Source of the DNA: Alphaproteobacteria bacterium
GTDB taxonomy: Bacteria > Pseudomonadota > Alphaproteobacteria > RF32 > CAG-239
Direction: 5' to 3'
Assembly: GCA_017477185.1 (NCBI GenBank)
Contig: JAFUXF010000020.1
Location: 1,884-65,883, forward strand
DNA: 64,000 bases
Shown here: piece after piece, positions 9,411 to 18,693 of the stretch
Layout of the letters: every line of letters starts with the position of its first letter
Position numbering within the stretch: the stretch's first letter is position 1
Translations under genes and position numbers: made by a program
Notes under the pieces: generated by a model
Databases searched by the model: none
Seen by the model: only the letters and a program-made list of their open reading frames with translations
Told to the model about the DNA's origin: nothing

Positions 9411-9818
9411 ATGTCGCTAGGTGTTACAGAAATAGTTTTGATTTTGGTTGTGGTTTTAGTTTTATTCGGCGGAAGGAAAATTCCGGAGTTGGCGCGCGGT
9501 TTGGGTCGGGCACAGGCCGAATATAAAAAGGCTAAAGAAGCACTCGAAAATGAAGTTAATGACTTTAAGGTTGAGGTAAAAAAGGCAGCCGGCGAAAATA
9601 AGCCTTCAAAAGCTCCTGTTAAAAAAGCAGCAAAAAAGGTAACTCGTAAAGCAGCAACCAAGAAGGCGGCAGTTCAGGCGACAACTAAAACAGCTGTTGC
9701 CAAGAAACCGGTAGCTAAAAAGACTGTTGCAAAAAAAGCACCCGTTAAAACGGCAGTTGCAAAAAAAGCGACGGCAAAGAAAACAGCCAAAAAAACGCCG
9801 ACTAAATCTAAGAAATAA
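9411..9818 (+). CDS. tatA: TatA subunit with Lys/Ala-rich histone-H1-like tail
   Basis: [19 protein letters not shown] motif; AAGGAG RBS before ATG 9411. Confidence 0.9.
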   Translation: MSLGVTEIVLILVVVLVLFGGRKIPELARGLGRAQAEYKKAKEALENEVNDFKVEVKKAAGENKPSKAPVKKAAKKVTRKAATKKAAVQATTKTAVAKKPVAKKTVAKKAPVKTAVAKKATAKKTAKKTPTKSKK

Positions 9819-10531
9819 TGACGAGTCAAGATAACGAGACTTTAGTTGAGCACTTGGAAGCATTACGAAAAATGCTTATCAAGTGCTTGTTGTCTTTAGC
9901 AATCGGATTATTGCCGGTTTTTTTGGTAACACCGTATGTGATGGATTTGCTTATTCGTGTCATGATGCGGGATAATGCCGTTACTCTTAATTTTTTCTCA
10001 CCGATGGAAGTGTTTATCCTGCAGATTAAAATGGCAGTGGTTCTGGATATTTTGCTGTGCTTCCCTTATCTTGCAAAACAGGTATGGCTTTTTGTGTTGC
10101 CGGCGTTGTATGAGCATGAACGCCGATTTATTAAATCTATCGTTTTGGTTTCAAGTGTGTTGTTTATATTTGGGGTTCTTTTTTGTTTGTTCTTTATTTT
10201 ACCTTTGGTTATTCGTTTTGGTATGAGCTTTGTAACGGATAATATTCAGCCGGTATTCGGTATAGCCAATATTGTCTCGCTTGCCTTGTGGCTGTCTTTG
10301 GTGTTTGGGATTATGTTTCAATTTCCGTTGGTAACATATGCTTTAATACGTGCGGATATTGTGTCGTATGAGGTGATTAAAAATAAGCGTGCTTATGTGT
10401 TTGTTGGTATTTTGATTTTGTCGGGACTGTTGACTCCTCCTGATATTGTCAGTCAGTTGATGTTAACATTACCGACTTACGGGCTTTTCGAATTGGGTTT
10501 GTTTTTTGCAAAAAAGCAAAAAAAAGATTGA
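9818..10531 (+). CDS. tatC: TatC translocase subunit
   Basis: LVEHLEALR, FVLPALYEHERR, FQFP and LTPPDIVSQ motifs. Confidence 0.95.
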   Translation: MTSQDNETLVEHLEALRKMLIKCLLSLAIGLLPVFLVTPYVMDLLIRVMMRDNAVTLNFFSPMEVFILQIKMAVVLDILLCFPYLAKQVWLFVLPALYEHERRFIKSIVLVSSVLFIFGVLFCLFFILPLVIRFGMSFVTDNIQPVFGIANIVSLALWLSLVFGIMFQFPLVTYALIRADIVSYEVIKNKRAYVFVGILILSGLLTPPDIVSQLMLTLPTYGLFELGLFFAKKQKKD

Positions 10532-10558
10532 CTTAGAGTATACTCTAAAGTTTAAAGT
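10528..10558 (+). promoter_or_regulatory. MerR-family operator/promoter, second copy
   Basis: TTGACT, 19-bp spacer with perfect dyad TTAGAGTATACTCTAA, then TAAAGT. Confidence 0.8.
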
Positions 10559-10593
10559 GGCGTTATCTTGATTATATTAAGGGAGGATTTGTA

Positions 10594-11832
10594 ATGAACA
10601 GACGTGAGTTTTTGATGACAACTTTAGCTACATTTGCTCTTGCGACGTTACCAAAATTAACTATTGCCGATACTATTGCCGTATCGGATAAGGTTAAGGC
10701 GTCTATTGATAACAACAATAAGCTCGGTTTTGGGTTTATGCGGTTGCCGCTTAAAAATCAGGCAGATCAGACCTCGATTGATTATGATACCCTTAATAAA
10801 ATGGTTGATAAGTTTATTGAACGCGGTTTTACCTATTTTGATACAGCGTGGATGTACATGAATTATGAAAGCGAAGTTGCTATTCGCAAGGCTGTCGTGG
10901 AGAGATATCCGAGGGAAAAGTTTACGGTTGCAAGCAAGTTGCCGATTGGATTTATGAAAAGCCAAGATGAATTAGAAAAAACATTTAATAAGCAACTGGA
11001 AAAAACGGGGTTGGATTATTTTGACTACTATCTGGTGCATAATATCAATGCCAATACTATCGGTAATGTTGAGAAATACGATGCCTTTAAGTTTATTAGT
11101 GATAAGAAAAAAGAGGGCAAAATTAAACATATCGGTTTTTCGTTCCATGATTCTCCTGAAATGTTGGAAGGTATTTTGAGCAAGCATCCTGAGGTTGAGT
11201 TTGTGCAGTTGCAAATCAATTATATTGATTGGGATAATGCTTCTATTCAATCACGCAAATGCTATGAAATTGCGCAAAAATATAATTTGCCGGTGGTTGT
11301 GATGGAGCCGGTTAAAGGGGGAAGTTTGGCCCAAGTTCCCGAAAATGTTGAAAAAATATTTAAGTCTGCAGAGCCGGATATGTCGGTTGCTTCATGGGCT
11401 ATACGTTATGCCGCAAGTCTGCCCGGGGTACGGACAGTTTTAAGCGGGATGACAACTATGGCGCAATTGGAAGATAATACAAGCTATATGCAGAATTTTA
11501 AACCTTTGAATGATGCTGAGAATAAAACGATAGAAGAAGCTATCAAAGCGTTGCATGCCTCTATTGCTATTCCGTGCACGGCATGTCGTTATTGTGTGGA
11601 ATTTTGCCCGATGAAGATTGCTATTCCTAATGTGTTTGCCCTTTATAATGCGGAAAAGCAAGAGAGCAGTGATAAATCGTTTACTATTCAGAGAGTTTAT
11701 TACAATAATTTGATTCAAACATCAGGGAAGGCATCACAGTGTATTCATTGTCGTAACTGTGAGAAACATTGTCCGCAACATATCAAGATCAGTGAATGGA
11801 TGGGGAAAATTGCCAAGACTTTTGAAGGGTAG
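10594..11832 (+). CDS. Tat-exported aldo/keto reductase with C-terminal 4Fe-4S domain
   Basis: MNRREFL signal; [24 protein letters not shown]; CTACRYC..CP and [12 protein letters not shown]. Confidence 0.92.
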   Translation: MNRREFLMTTLATFALATLPKLTIADTIAVSDKVKASIDNNNKLGFGFMRLPLKNQADQTSIDYDTLNKMVDKFIERGFTYFDTAWMYMNYESEVAIRKAVVERYPREKFTVASKLPIGFMKSQDELEKTFNKQLEKTGLDYFDYYLVHNINANTIGNVEKYDAFKFISDKKKEGKIKHIGFSFHDSPEMLEGILSKHPEVEFVQLQINYIDWDNASIQSRKCYEIAQKYNLPVVVMEPVKGGSLAQVPENVEKIFKSAEPDMSVASWAIRYAASLPGVRTVLSGMTTMAQLEDNTSYMQNFKPLNDAENKTIEEAIKALHASIAIPCTACRYCVEFCPMKIAIPNVFALYNAEKQESSDKSFTIQRVYYNNLIQTSGKASQCIHCRNCEKHCPQHIKISEWMGKIAKTFEG

Positions 11833-11887
11833 GAAAAGTTTACTATAAGTATTTATAAATTATTGTGTCACTTAATTTAGTAAAAAA

Positions 11888-12277
11888 ATGAAAACAAAAG
11901 AATTATTGTGGGCATATGTAGCGATAGTTATGTATGTTTTGGGAATTTGTGCTTTTGCATCAGCTGAGTATGCTCATGTGTGGCATATTTTGTCTGTTCC
12001 AACTTATCAGGTAACTGCGACGTTTTTTGTTATTGCTAATCTGGCTGTAACGGTGTTGTTTGGTGCTCAGAAAGGTTATGCCTTTATCATGTTAATTCAG
12101 GCTTCGGGGCTTTGGCTCGTGTTGACTGGAGTGAATGTTTTTGTTCCTATTTGTGCCTATATGGCAAAAGGAATGATGTATCCGACATTAGGTATGATTA
12201 GTATAGCAATAACGGGAAAAATTATGTCGAAGGTGCTTTTGGGGAGAAGTGTATCTTATCCGAAAAGTTGGATGTAA
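11888..12277 (+). CDS. Hypothetical membrane protein
   Basis: 129-aa ORF with ~4 hydrophobic segments, followed by a terminator. Confidence 0.65.
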   Translation: MKTKELLWAYVAIVMYVLGICAFASAEYAHVWHILSVPTYQVTATFFVIANLAVTVLFGAQKGYAFIMLIQASGLWLVLTGVNVFVPICAYMAKGMMYPTLGMISIAITGKIMSKVLLGRSVSYPKSWM

Positions 12278-12293
12278 GAGTGTTATTGTTACC

Positions 12294-12328
12294 AAAAAAA
12301 GGAATGCTCAATGTGGCATTCCTTTTTT
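12294..12328. terminator. Bidirectional intrinsic terminator
   Basis: AAAAAAAGGAATGC...GCATTCCTTTTTT between convergent genes. Confidence 0.8.
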
Positions 12329-12347
12329 GTTTGGTGGCAAATTCTGA

Positions 12348-12968
12348 TTATTTTGATAATTTGTTCAGCCAAGCGTTGATTTTGTTAGAAACTTGAGACT
12401 GATACTTTTCATCAATATTATTAAAGTTTTCGCCGGTTAAAACCTGCGCATTTTGAACAGTGTCGGCAAAATCATCAAAAAACTTTCCAAAATTACTTCC
12501 TTGGGTTGAAAATGGAACAACGCGCGTATTGTTAAAGTTTGTGATTCGTAAATAACTGTAGATAGCCGGTGCCATAGTGTACCACCATACCGGACCACCG
12601 ATAAAAATTGTATCATACGCGGATACGTTCGGCAGGTTTTCTTTTTGAATTTCCGGATAGGCTTTATCAGCTAATTCTTTTTTGCTTTTCAGATAAACTG
12701 ACGGAGAAGAATAAGTTTCAAGTGTTTTGATTTCAAAAATATCGGCATTTGTTTTGGCTGCAATTTGCTCAGCAATATCTTTAGTATGACCGGTTAGAGA
12801 ATAGTAAACAACCAATACTTTGCCTAAATTTATGTTAAGCGGAATTTTATTTTCAAAATTGGCCATTTCGGTTTTATTTTTAGCCGCGACTTTGTGAAGG
12901 TGATAAAAAGTTGCTCCACCGATAATTAATGACGCTAATATAATAACATACAAGATAATTTTTAACAT
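12348..12968 (-). CDS. Membrane-anchored flavodoxin (Flavodoxin_4-like)
   Basis: LVVYYSLTGHTK, YDTIFIGGPVWW, VPFSTQG; likely start ATG 12968 after GGAG RBS. Confidence 0.88.
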   Translation of the reverse strand: MLKIILYVIILASLIIGGATFYHLHKVAAKNKTEMANFENKIPLNINLGKVLVVYYSLTGHTKDIAEQIAAKTNADIFEIKTLETYSSPSVYLKSKKELADKAYPEIQKENLPNVSAYDTIFIGGPVWWYTMAPAIYSYLRITNFNNTRVVPFSTQGSNFGKFFDDFADTVQNAQVLTGENFNNIDEKYQSQVSNKINAWLNKLSK

Positions 12969-13111
12969 CTTATTCTCCTGAAAATTTGTTGTTTTTCTAT
13001 ATATAAATTTACATTTAGCACGAGTCAATACGAGATTATGTCTGAAATATTTAATTTTGGTTATTAAATCTGGCCATATTGCAGAATTAAAATGAGTTTT
13101 ATGACGATTAA

Positions 13112-13143
13112 AATAAAAAAGCACCATAAGGTGCTTTTTTTAT
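13112..13143 (-). terminator. Terminator after the duplicated tRNA-fMet 3' end
   Basis: AAAAAAGCACC-ATAA-GGTGCTTTTTT. Confidence 0.7.
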
Positions 13144-13146
13144 GAC

Positions 13147-13320
13147 TGGTTGCGGGGGGAGGATTGTCTCGCCCCTTCAGGGGCTTCGTGCTGCGTCGTC
13201 GCAAGGGCGGCGATACTTCCGTCTCGCCTGCTCCTCCTTGTGAACCTCCTTCTTCGGATGTTCAAATCCTGGCAACTCATATAAAACAAAAACCACCCTA
13301 AAGGGTGGCTTCTGTTTTAT
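13147..13320 (-). repeat. tRNA-linked palindromic element downstream of the original tRNA-fMet 3' end
   Basis: 13147-13165 is identical to 13321-13339 (19/19); inverted T-arm copy at 13254-13270 (16/17); hairpin 13281-13320. Confidence 0.8.
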
Positions 13321-13368
13321 TGGTTGCGGGGGGAGGATTTGAACCTCCGACCTTCAGGTTATGAGCCT
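13321..13368 (-). repeat. att site: displaced original 3' half of tRNA-fMet
   Basis: 48-bp direct repeat of 30105-30152 with 6 mismatches, all in the T-stem. Confidence 0.93.
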
Positions 13369-13481
13369 TTAGAACAAGCATTTTTCGCCCCTTAATTTTC
13401 AATGTGTTTTCAGTAATATCAATAATTTAGTAAAAATACTCATACGCTTAAATACGCTCATTTTCGACCATTTTTGCCCTC

Positions 13482-13640
13482 TCAGGTTGAACATAGGTTG
13501 AACCAAAATGAGCTTTTGTTAACCTTTTTTCATCTTGTAAATTTTTAGCTAATATATTGAATAATTTTGACTTTTTTATTTTTTTAGGATATATTTAATT
13601 CATAAAAGGTTGAACCGAAACGAGTGAAAAGGTTGAACCG
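13482..13640 (+). repeat. Integrase arm-type sites (AGGTTGAAC x4)
   Basis: TCAGGTTGAACATAGGTTGAACC at 13482-13504; AGGTTGAACCG at 13607 and 13630. Confidence 0.75.
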
Positions 13641-13658
13641 CAGAATAAGGAATCGAAG

Positions 13659-14876
13659 TTGAAAAAAGTTATAAATTTTACAAAAAATAAGATAGATCAA
13701 TTAACTATACCGCAAAAACGCACGGAATACTATGATGCTACTGAGGATAAGTTATGCTTACAAATTACCCCAAAAGGATGCAAAACTTTTTATCTGATTA
13801 AGAAAATTGATGGCAAGGTTATCCGTTTGAAAATCGGCAGATATCCGGATATGGCAATCGACAAGGCTCGTGGCAAAGCCAGAGAATTGAAAGCCCAAAT
13901 AGAGCAAGGAATTAACCCGGCTGATAAAAAGCATCAATTAAAAAATGAAATTACATTTTATGAGATGTATGAAAAATTTAAGGAAGATAGCAAATTGTAT
14001 AAAAAAGCATCTTCAATCAGAAATGATGGGTACAATATCAAATATTGTAGAGCCCTATATGATATGAAAATATCAAAAATAACAAGTGATGACATTCAAG
14101 CATTATTCAAAGAAATTAGTCTTAACAATGGTAAATCACAAGCAAGTCATGTATTGGAATTTATAAGAGCTATGTTTAATAGAATGATAAAAACTTATCA
14201 TTGGGAACATATTAATCCAACAATGGGTATAAAAAAATATCCTAAAATAGCAAGAAAAAGATTTGTTCAACCAGAGGAATTTCCTATATTTATTCAGCAA
14301 TTAAGAACGATGCCTCAGTATTTTCAAGATTTCGTTATGTTAAGTATCTATATGGGAGGAAGAAAAAGCAATATTCTTGGTATGTCTTGGAAGAATATTA
14401 GTTTTCGAGCTAAAAAATGGTATATTGATGAAACAGAAGCAAAAAATAATGATAGTGATTATGTAAGCATCAATAATGAAGCATTCAAAATTCTAAAACG
14501 CAGATTTAATGAACGAAAAGAGGGTAATATTTGGGTATTTCCATCGGATAATTCTGAATCAGGTCATATTGTTGAGCCCAAAAGACAATGGAAACAATTG
14601 ATGAATAAATTGAATGAAGCCATTGCTTGTGAAGAAGATAAAATAACGAATTTGAGAATGCACGATTTAAGAAGAACTTTTGGATCTTACCAAGCAATGA
14701 ATGGAGAATCTTTAATCATTATAGGTAAAAATCTAACACACAAATCTTTGCAATCAACAGAAGTATATGCCCGTATAAATGATAATGCTGCAAGAGCAGC
14801 AAGTGAACGAGCCGCAGAATCCATCAATTTAGCAATAAGTGGTGAGTATGGTGAGGAGAACGATGATGAAGAATAA
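13659..14876 (+). CDS. Tyrosine integrase, P4-like, with arm-DNA-binding N-terminal domain
   Basis: N-terminal KIGRYPDMAIDKAR; catalytic R (GGRKSN), K (AKN), HDLRRT, LTH and Y (EVYAR). Confidence 0.95.
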   Translation: MKKVINFTKNKIDQLTIPQKRTEYYDATEDKLCLQITPKGCKTFYLIKKIDGKVIRLKIGRYPDMAIDKARGKARELKAQIEQGINPADKKHQLKNEITFYEMYEKFKEDSKLYKKASSIRNDGYNIKYCRALYDMKISKITSDDIQALFKEISLNNGKSQASHVLEFIRAMFNRMIKTYHWEHINPTMGIKKYPKIARKRFVQPEEFPIFIQQLRTMPQYFQDFVMLSIYMGGRKSNILGMSWKNISFRAKKWYIDETEAKNNDSDYVSINNEAFKILKRRFNERKEGNIWVFPSDNSESGHIVEPKRQWKQLMNKLNEAIACEEDKITNLRMHDLRRTFGSYQAMNGESLIIIGKNLTHKSLQSTEVYARINDNAARAASERAAESINLAISGEYGEENDDEE

Positions 14877-15066
14877 AACTATCACTCCTACATTATTAAG
14901 CACAGAAGATGCTGCTATATATCTTGGAATTTCTGCCAGAACATTGGAGACTTGGCGTTGTAAGCAAAGATACGATATTCCTTATGTAAGAATAGGTTCT
15001 GTTGTCAGATATAAAATTAGCGATTTAGATGATTACATAAGCAAAAATACAATAATAGCCTCATAA
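14863..15066 (+). CDS. Excisionase / HTH_17 DNA-binding protein
   Basis: LLSTEDAAIYLGISARTLETWR..IPYVRIGSVVRYKISDLDDY; GAGGAG RBS. Confidence 0.88.
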   Translation: MMKNKTITPTLLSTEDAAIYLGISARTLETWRCKQRYDIPYVRIGSVVRYKISDLDDYISKNTIIAS

Positions 15067-15093
15067 CATCACCAATCAAAAAGCCTATGGTTA

Positions 15094-15531
15094 TTAGCCA
15101 TGGGCTCTTTTTTTACTCAATATCTCATCAGCTATCTTACACCAATCTCTATAAACTTTGTTCGGCTTATCCAGATTTAATCTTCCTTTTTCCGCAATAA
15201 ATTGCGGATAATATTCTGATTTCATATACAAACGGTTGCCAACGCCCAAATTACAAGACCGCCACTCTGGCTTATGAAGAGTTTCAAAAAACGCATCAAC
15301 TACCTCAGTTGATTCTATACATTCGGCGGTTAACATATATTTTTTGCCATCTTTGGTAAAAAATTGGCTAGCACCAGCCCAACCCATAGCACCGCTTGAA
15401 GCAACTGCCACAAAAGCAATATTATCAAAGTTGATTTTGCTAAATGTTTCCGCCGACAATTTATCAAACAAAAAGTCATTAAACAGATACTTGTTGTCAG
15501 CAGATAATTCAATCAATTCACCCGATGACAT
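15094..15531 (-). CDS. Hypothetical protein overlapping the ARH gene
   Basis: 145-aa ORF overlapping the upstream gene end; AMG-like motif (SGAMGWAG). Confidence 0.7.
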   Translation of the reverse strand: MSSGELIELSADNKYLFNDFLFDKLSAETFSKINFDNIAFVAVASSGAMGWAGASQFFTKDGKKYMLTAECIESTEVVDAFFETLHKPEWRSCNLGVGNRLYMKSEYYPQFIAEKGRLNLDKPNKVYRDWCKIADEILSKKRAHG

Positions 15532-16313
15532 GACAATGCTCCTTCAATTTCTGCCAAATAACCACGCAAATTGTCGTCCAGCTTACCAAGAGCAAACTCT
15601 CTTATCTTATCAGACACACCATAATAAGCCTCTGCAATACTTCCGGTAATCGCAGCAATTGTGTCGGAATCTCCGCCTATGGAGATAGCATTTCTTATAG
15701 CATCCTCAAAATCCGTTGATTCAAAAAAGGCTTCAAGGGCTTGCGGCACGCTTCCCTGACAAGATACCTTGAATTTATAAGTCGGGCGAATTTCATCAAG
15801 TGTAAAATCCATAGGATAGTAATTTTTGACGGTATATTCCCTAATTTCTTCTTTCTTTTTACCCTGTAAAGCCAGATAAATTGCCGCAGCAGTTGCCTCA
15901 GCTCCTTTAATTCCTTCCGGATGATTATGAGAAACCGCACTTACTTGGTAAGATAAATCCTTAACTTCTTCCAAAGACTTTGCAAAATATGCCACAGGAC
16001 TAACTCTCATTGCTGAGCCATTTCCCCAAGAATTATAAGGCAACGGATTTTCTTCATTTAGCCAAGCTCTAAAATTGCCACCATATCCGGCATCAGGGTA
16101 TTTTCTTCCCAATTTTTGCATCCATTTAATCGCTGTCTGGCTTAAATTCTCATAATTCCCCTGACATTCTTTAAGAGCCATAGCAACAGCCAAGGTCATA
16201 ACCGTATCATCTGTAAAAAAAGCATGGTCATCGAAAAAATTAAAATCCTTAGTTTTAATGTTGTCCCACTCATAAATCGAGCCGACAATATCCCCGACAA
16301 TTGCTCCAATCAT
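15513..16313 (-). CDS. ADP-ribosylglycohydrolase (ARH/DraG family)
   Basis: GAIVGDIVG, FTDDT, GNGSAMR, SHNHPEG, GGDSDTIAAITG. Confidence 0.95.
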   Translation of the reverse strand: MIGAIVGDIVGSIYEWDNIKTKDFNFFDDHAFFTDDTVMTLAVAMALKECQGNYENLSQTAIKWMQKLGRKYPDAGYGGNFRAWLNEENPLPYNSWGNGSAMRVSPVAYFAKSLEEVKDLSYQVSAVSHNHPEGIKGAEATAAAIYLALQGKKKEEIREYTVKNYYPMDFTLDEIRPTYKFKVSCQGSVPQALEAFFESTDFEDAIRNAISIGGDSDTIAAITGSIAEAYYGVSDKIREFALGKLDDNLRGYLAEIEGALSCHRVN

Positions 16314-17776
16314 TTATTTCCCTCCGCATATCTGTAAAGCACACCCATCAACAGCACCATAGCATAGGTATCTTGTCCGCAGTATTTGAGTAATGCCTCA
16401 AACATTTGCTGACTTTCGGTTTTGGTCTGTTTACCTTCAAGAAAGGCTTTATATTGGCTCATCGCCTCGCCACCATTGGCAATTGCCATGCCTTTATACG
16501 AGAGGTCACAGAAAGACGGCAAAACATACTTAATTGAAGCCGAACTTTTTTGCTTGTAGCTATACAGAGCTCTCTGACGGAAGGGTATCAGCTGGTCAAC
16601 CACTCGCTCGTTAATAGCCAACAAATCATCTGCTAAATCAGGAAATAAAACTGCTAACTCCTTATTTCTGGTCATTTCAAATGCCTGATTATAAACCACG
16701 ACCGAACCTTGTTTACCACAATACTTAACTAAACATTCTGCTAAGGCACGACGAGGATCAGAGCGTTCTTGATGCAAGAACTCATAATGTTTTAACTCTC
16801 CGCCGCGTTGTTCCTGAACATGCAAAGAGAATTGGAACGGAATCTGGCTATAAGGTTTTGAGCTATCAAACATCGGAATGGGGCATTGGACAGTTTCGTA
16901 ATCAAGGTAATATAAAGGATATTCCAACGTATCGAGCCATTCCTTGATATGTTCAGGCTCAACGTGCTCTGCCTGATTAACATAACAATCTCTGTCGATG
17001 AGTTGCCTATCTGTTGAGCAAAGGTCTATCGGCACATCTTCGACTTTTGTGGAATGGGTTTGATTATAAAACAAATCGGCAGCCTGAGCGGAAAGCAGGT
17101 CGAACACAGAGTATTCGGGCACATCTTTACCGCAATAACCCCAAAACGGACAATCTTGACAGTTGGCGTGAAGCGTTGTTTCTGGCTCATTTTTTTCTTG
17201 CTGAGCGGAAAGCATACCTTTGACATACATTTCAACATCTTTACAGGCTTCCGCAACACGCTCGGAAACATCTTCCTCTCTGAACATTTGAGAAATATCA
17301 AGCTCTCCATGTCTGACATAGTCATTATTGACATACAGCACACGGCATTGTTTAACCGGATATCCGGCATTTTCAAAAACATATTTTTGGAACGAGAGGT
17401 CATCAATGTAATAGTCCTTAACCGATGTCGCAGACTTAATCTCAATCAGATTCCAAGCATCGCCGTTTCGCTCCAAAATATCAATCCGACAGAAACAGCC
17501 GTTATCAAGTTTAGCCGTCGCTTCAAACAAGATATCATTGGTTTCAGCCAAAGCCTTAGTTTTGACGGCACCACCGATTACATCCCACGATTCTGAATCA
17601 ACGAGAACGCCGTTAGGATACCATTTTCTGGCGAGGTCTTGAATTTCATTCCCGTCCTCAAAAGATTGCAACGTGCGTGCATCATATTCGGGCACGAGGT
17701 CTTTTCGATTCTTTTTAAGCCATAACGCCTTCACACAATCGAGAGCCATGATATAGTCAGATTTAGAGAGAAACAT
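16310..17776 (-). CDS. DUF2779-type protein: Cas4/RecB-like PD-(D/E)XK nuclease plus DEDD RNase-H-like domain
   Basis: LSKS..C; RIDIL..LIEIKS; CQDCPFWGYC; YLDYET, IPFQFSLH, VYNQAFE, YCGQD. Confidence 0.85.
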   Translation of the reverse strand: MFLSKSDYIMALDCVKALWLKKNRKDLVPEYDARTLQSFEDGNEIQDLARKWYPNGVLVDSESWDVIGGAVKTKALAETNDILFEATAKLDNGCFCRIDILERNGDAWNLIEIKSATSVKDYYIDDLSFQKYVFENAGYPVKQCRVLYVNNDYVRHGELDISQMFREEDVSERVAEACKDVEMYVKGMLSAQQEKNEPETTLHANCQDCPFWGYCGKDVPEYSVFDLLSAQAADLFYNQTHSTKVEDVPIDLCSTDRQLIDRDCYVNQAEHVEPEHIKEWLDTLEYPLYYLDYETVQCPIPMFDSSKPYSQIPFQFSLHVQEQRGGELKHYEFLHQERSDPRRALAECLVKYCGKQGSVVVYNQAFEMTRNKELAVLFPDLADDLLAINERVVDQLIPFRQRALYSYKQKSSASIKYVLPSFCDLSYKGMAIANGGEAMSQYKAFLEGKQTKTESQQMFEALLKYCGQDTYAMVLLMGVLYRYAEGNK

Positions 17777-17788
17777 TGTTAAAAGTCC

Positions 17789-18556
17789 TTATTTTATCAT
17801 ATTGCGAATTAAAAATTGTGTCATCGGCACGGCATTCCATCCGGCAGAGTTGAAACCATAAGTGATTTTAAGCGGTTTCGGCTCATCCAAAACGGTAATA
17901 ATCGCGTAGTTCTTGCCGTTTAAGGCAAAATCAGCCAGAAAAACATTTGTTCTTTGAGCATTTTCTTTATGGTCTGTGCTTGAAATTCCTGAAACCTGTA
18001 CGCCTTCAACCTGTGCTTTTCGCGATATCCCGTTCTGGACATTATTGAGCAAAGCGGCTCTGAGAATATCAAGCTGTTCGGATGTTAATAGGTTGTTTTT
18101 GTTATTTAGGAGAGACGTATAAGCGGTTAGAAGTTGTCTGGGCGTAAGTGTATCCGTCAAATTCAATGCTTCATAGACAGGCTTCTTAGCCTCATCTGTG
18201 ATGGTTTTATAGGCTTCTTTATCTTTTTCAAACGAAACATTTTCTGCGGTAATTTCACCGTTTTTCAGCCCTGCGGCATAGAGAAAAAGTTTATTAATGT
18301 TATGTGGCGTGAGGGCAAAATTCTCATCCATATTGATGAAAGAAGTATCGACTGTCTCGCCTGTATCGCGGTCAATGAGGATATAAGCCCCACCGCGAGC
18401 ATTAAATTTAAGCATGAACTCTTTAAGAATATTTAGATTAGCTTGCCTCAACACTTCTTCATCAGAGGACAAAACAGAATGCCTGCCGTAAAAATATGCT
18501 CCGATAACACTACCAAGAACGATAAGGGCAACAAACAAAAATTTGAGTATTTTCAT
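17789..18556 (-). CDS. Truncated, catalytically degenerate PBP transpeptidase-like membrane protein
   Basis: N-terminal TM; C-terminus resembles FtsI (AQVEGVQVSG..YAIITVLDEPK..TYGFNSAGWNAVP), with KTG replaced by ISS. Confidence 0.65.
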   Translation of the reverse strand: MKILKFLFVALIVLGSVIGAYFYGRHSVLSSDEEVLRQANLNILKEFMLKFNARGGAYILIDRDTGETVDTSFINMDENFALTPHNINKLFLYAAGLKNGEITAENVSFEKDKEAYKTITDEAKKPVYEALNLTDTLTPRQLLTAYTSLLNNKNNLLTSEQLDILRAALLNNVQNGISRKAQVEGVQVSGISSTDHKENAQRTNVFLADFALNGKNYAIITVLDEPKPLKITYGFNSAGWNAVPMTQFLIRNMIK

Positions 18557-18693
18557 CAACAATCTCCGGTTTAGTTAATTATTTTTCGTGGCTAACAAGT
18601 TGGTTAAATAACCACATCCGGAAATATTGTTAACACACCTTATCCGTTATTGCAAGCCCCCTAACTTATAGTTATGTCAGATTCTGACAGAGG

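Noticed and set aside
9020-9661. 213-aa antisense ORF and similar shadow ORFs (e.g. 17054-17596, 39339-39896, 49432-49749)
   Set aside because: They lie antisense to, or in alternate frames of, better-supported genes and show no motifs.
12969-13127. N-terminal extension of the flavodoxin ORF
   Set aside because: It runs through intergenic and terminator sequence; the RBS supports ATG 12968.
13321-13368. Second tRNA-Met gene
   Set aside because: Only the 3' 48 nt are present, with no D-arm or 5' acceptor strand; it is an att remnant.
13484-13640. CRISPR array or iterons from AGGTTGAAC repeats
   Set aside because: The repeats are 9-11 bp, irregularly spaced and mirrored at the far island end, which fits integrase arm sites. 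No CRISPR array was seen in the window.
16310-17776. Cas4 of a CRISPR-Cas system
   Set aside because: No cas1/cas2 or array; the fusion architecture is DUF2779-type.
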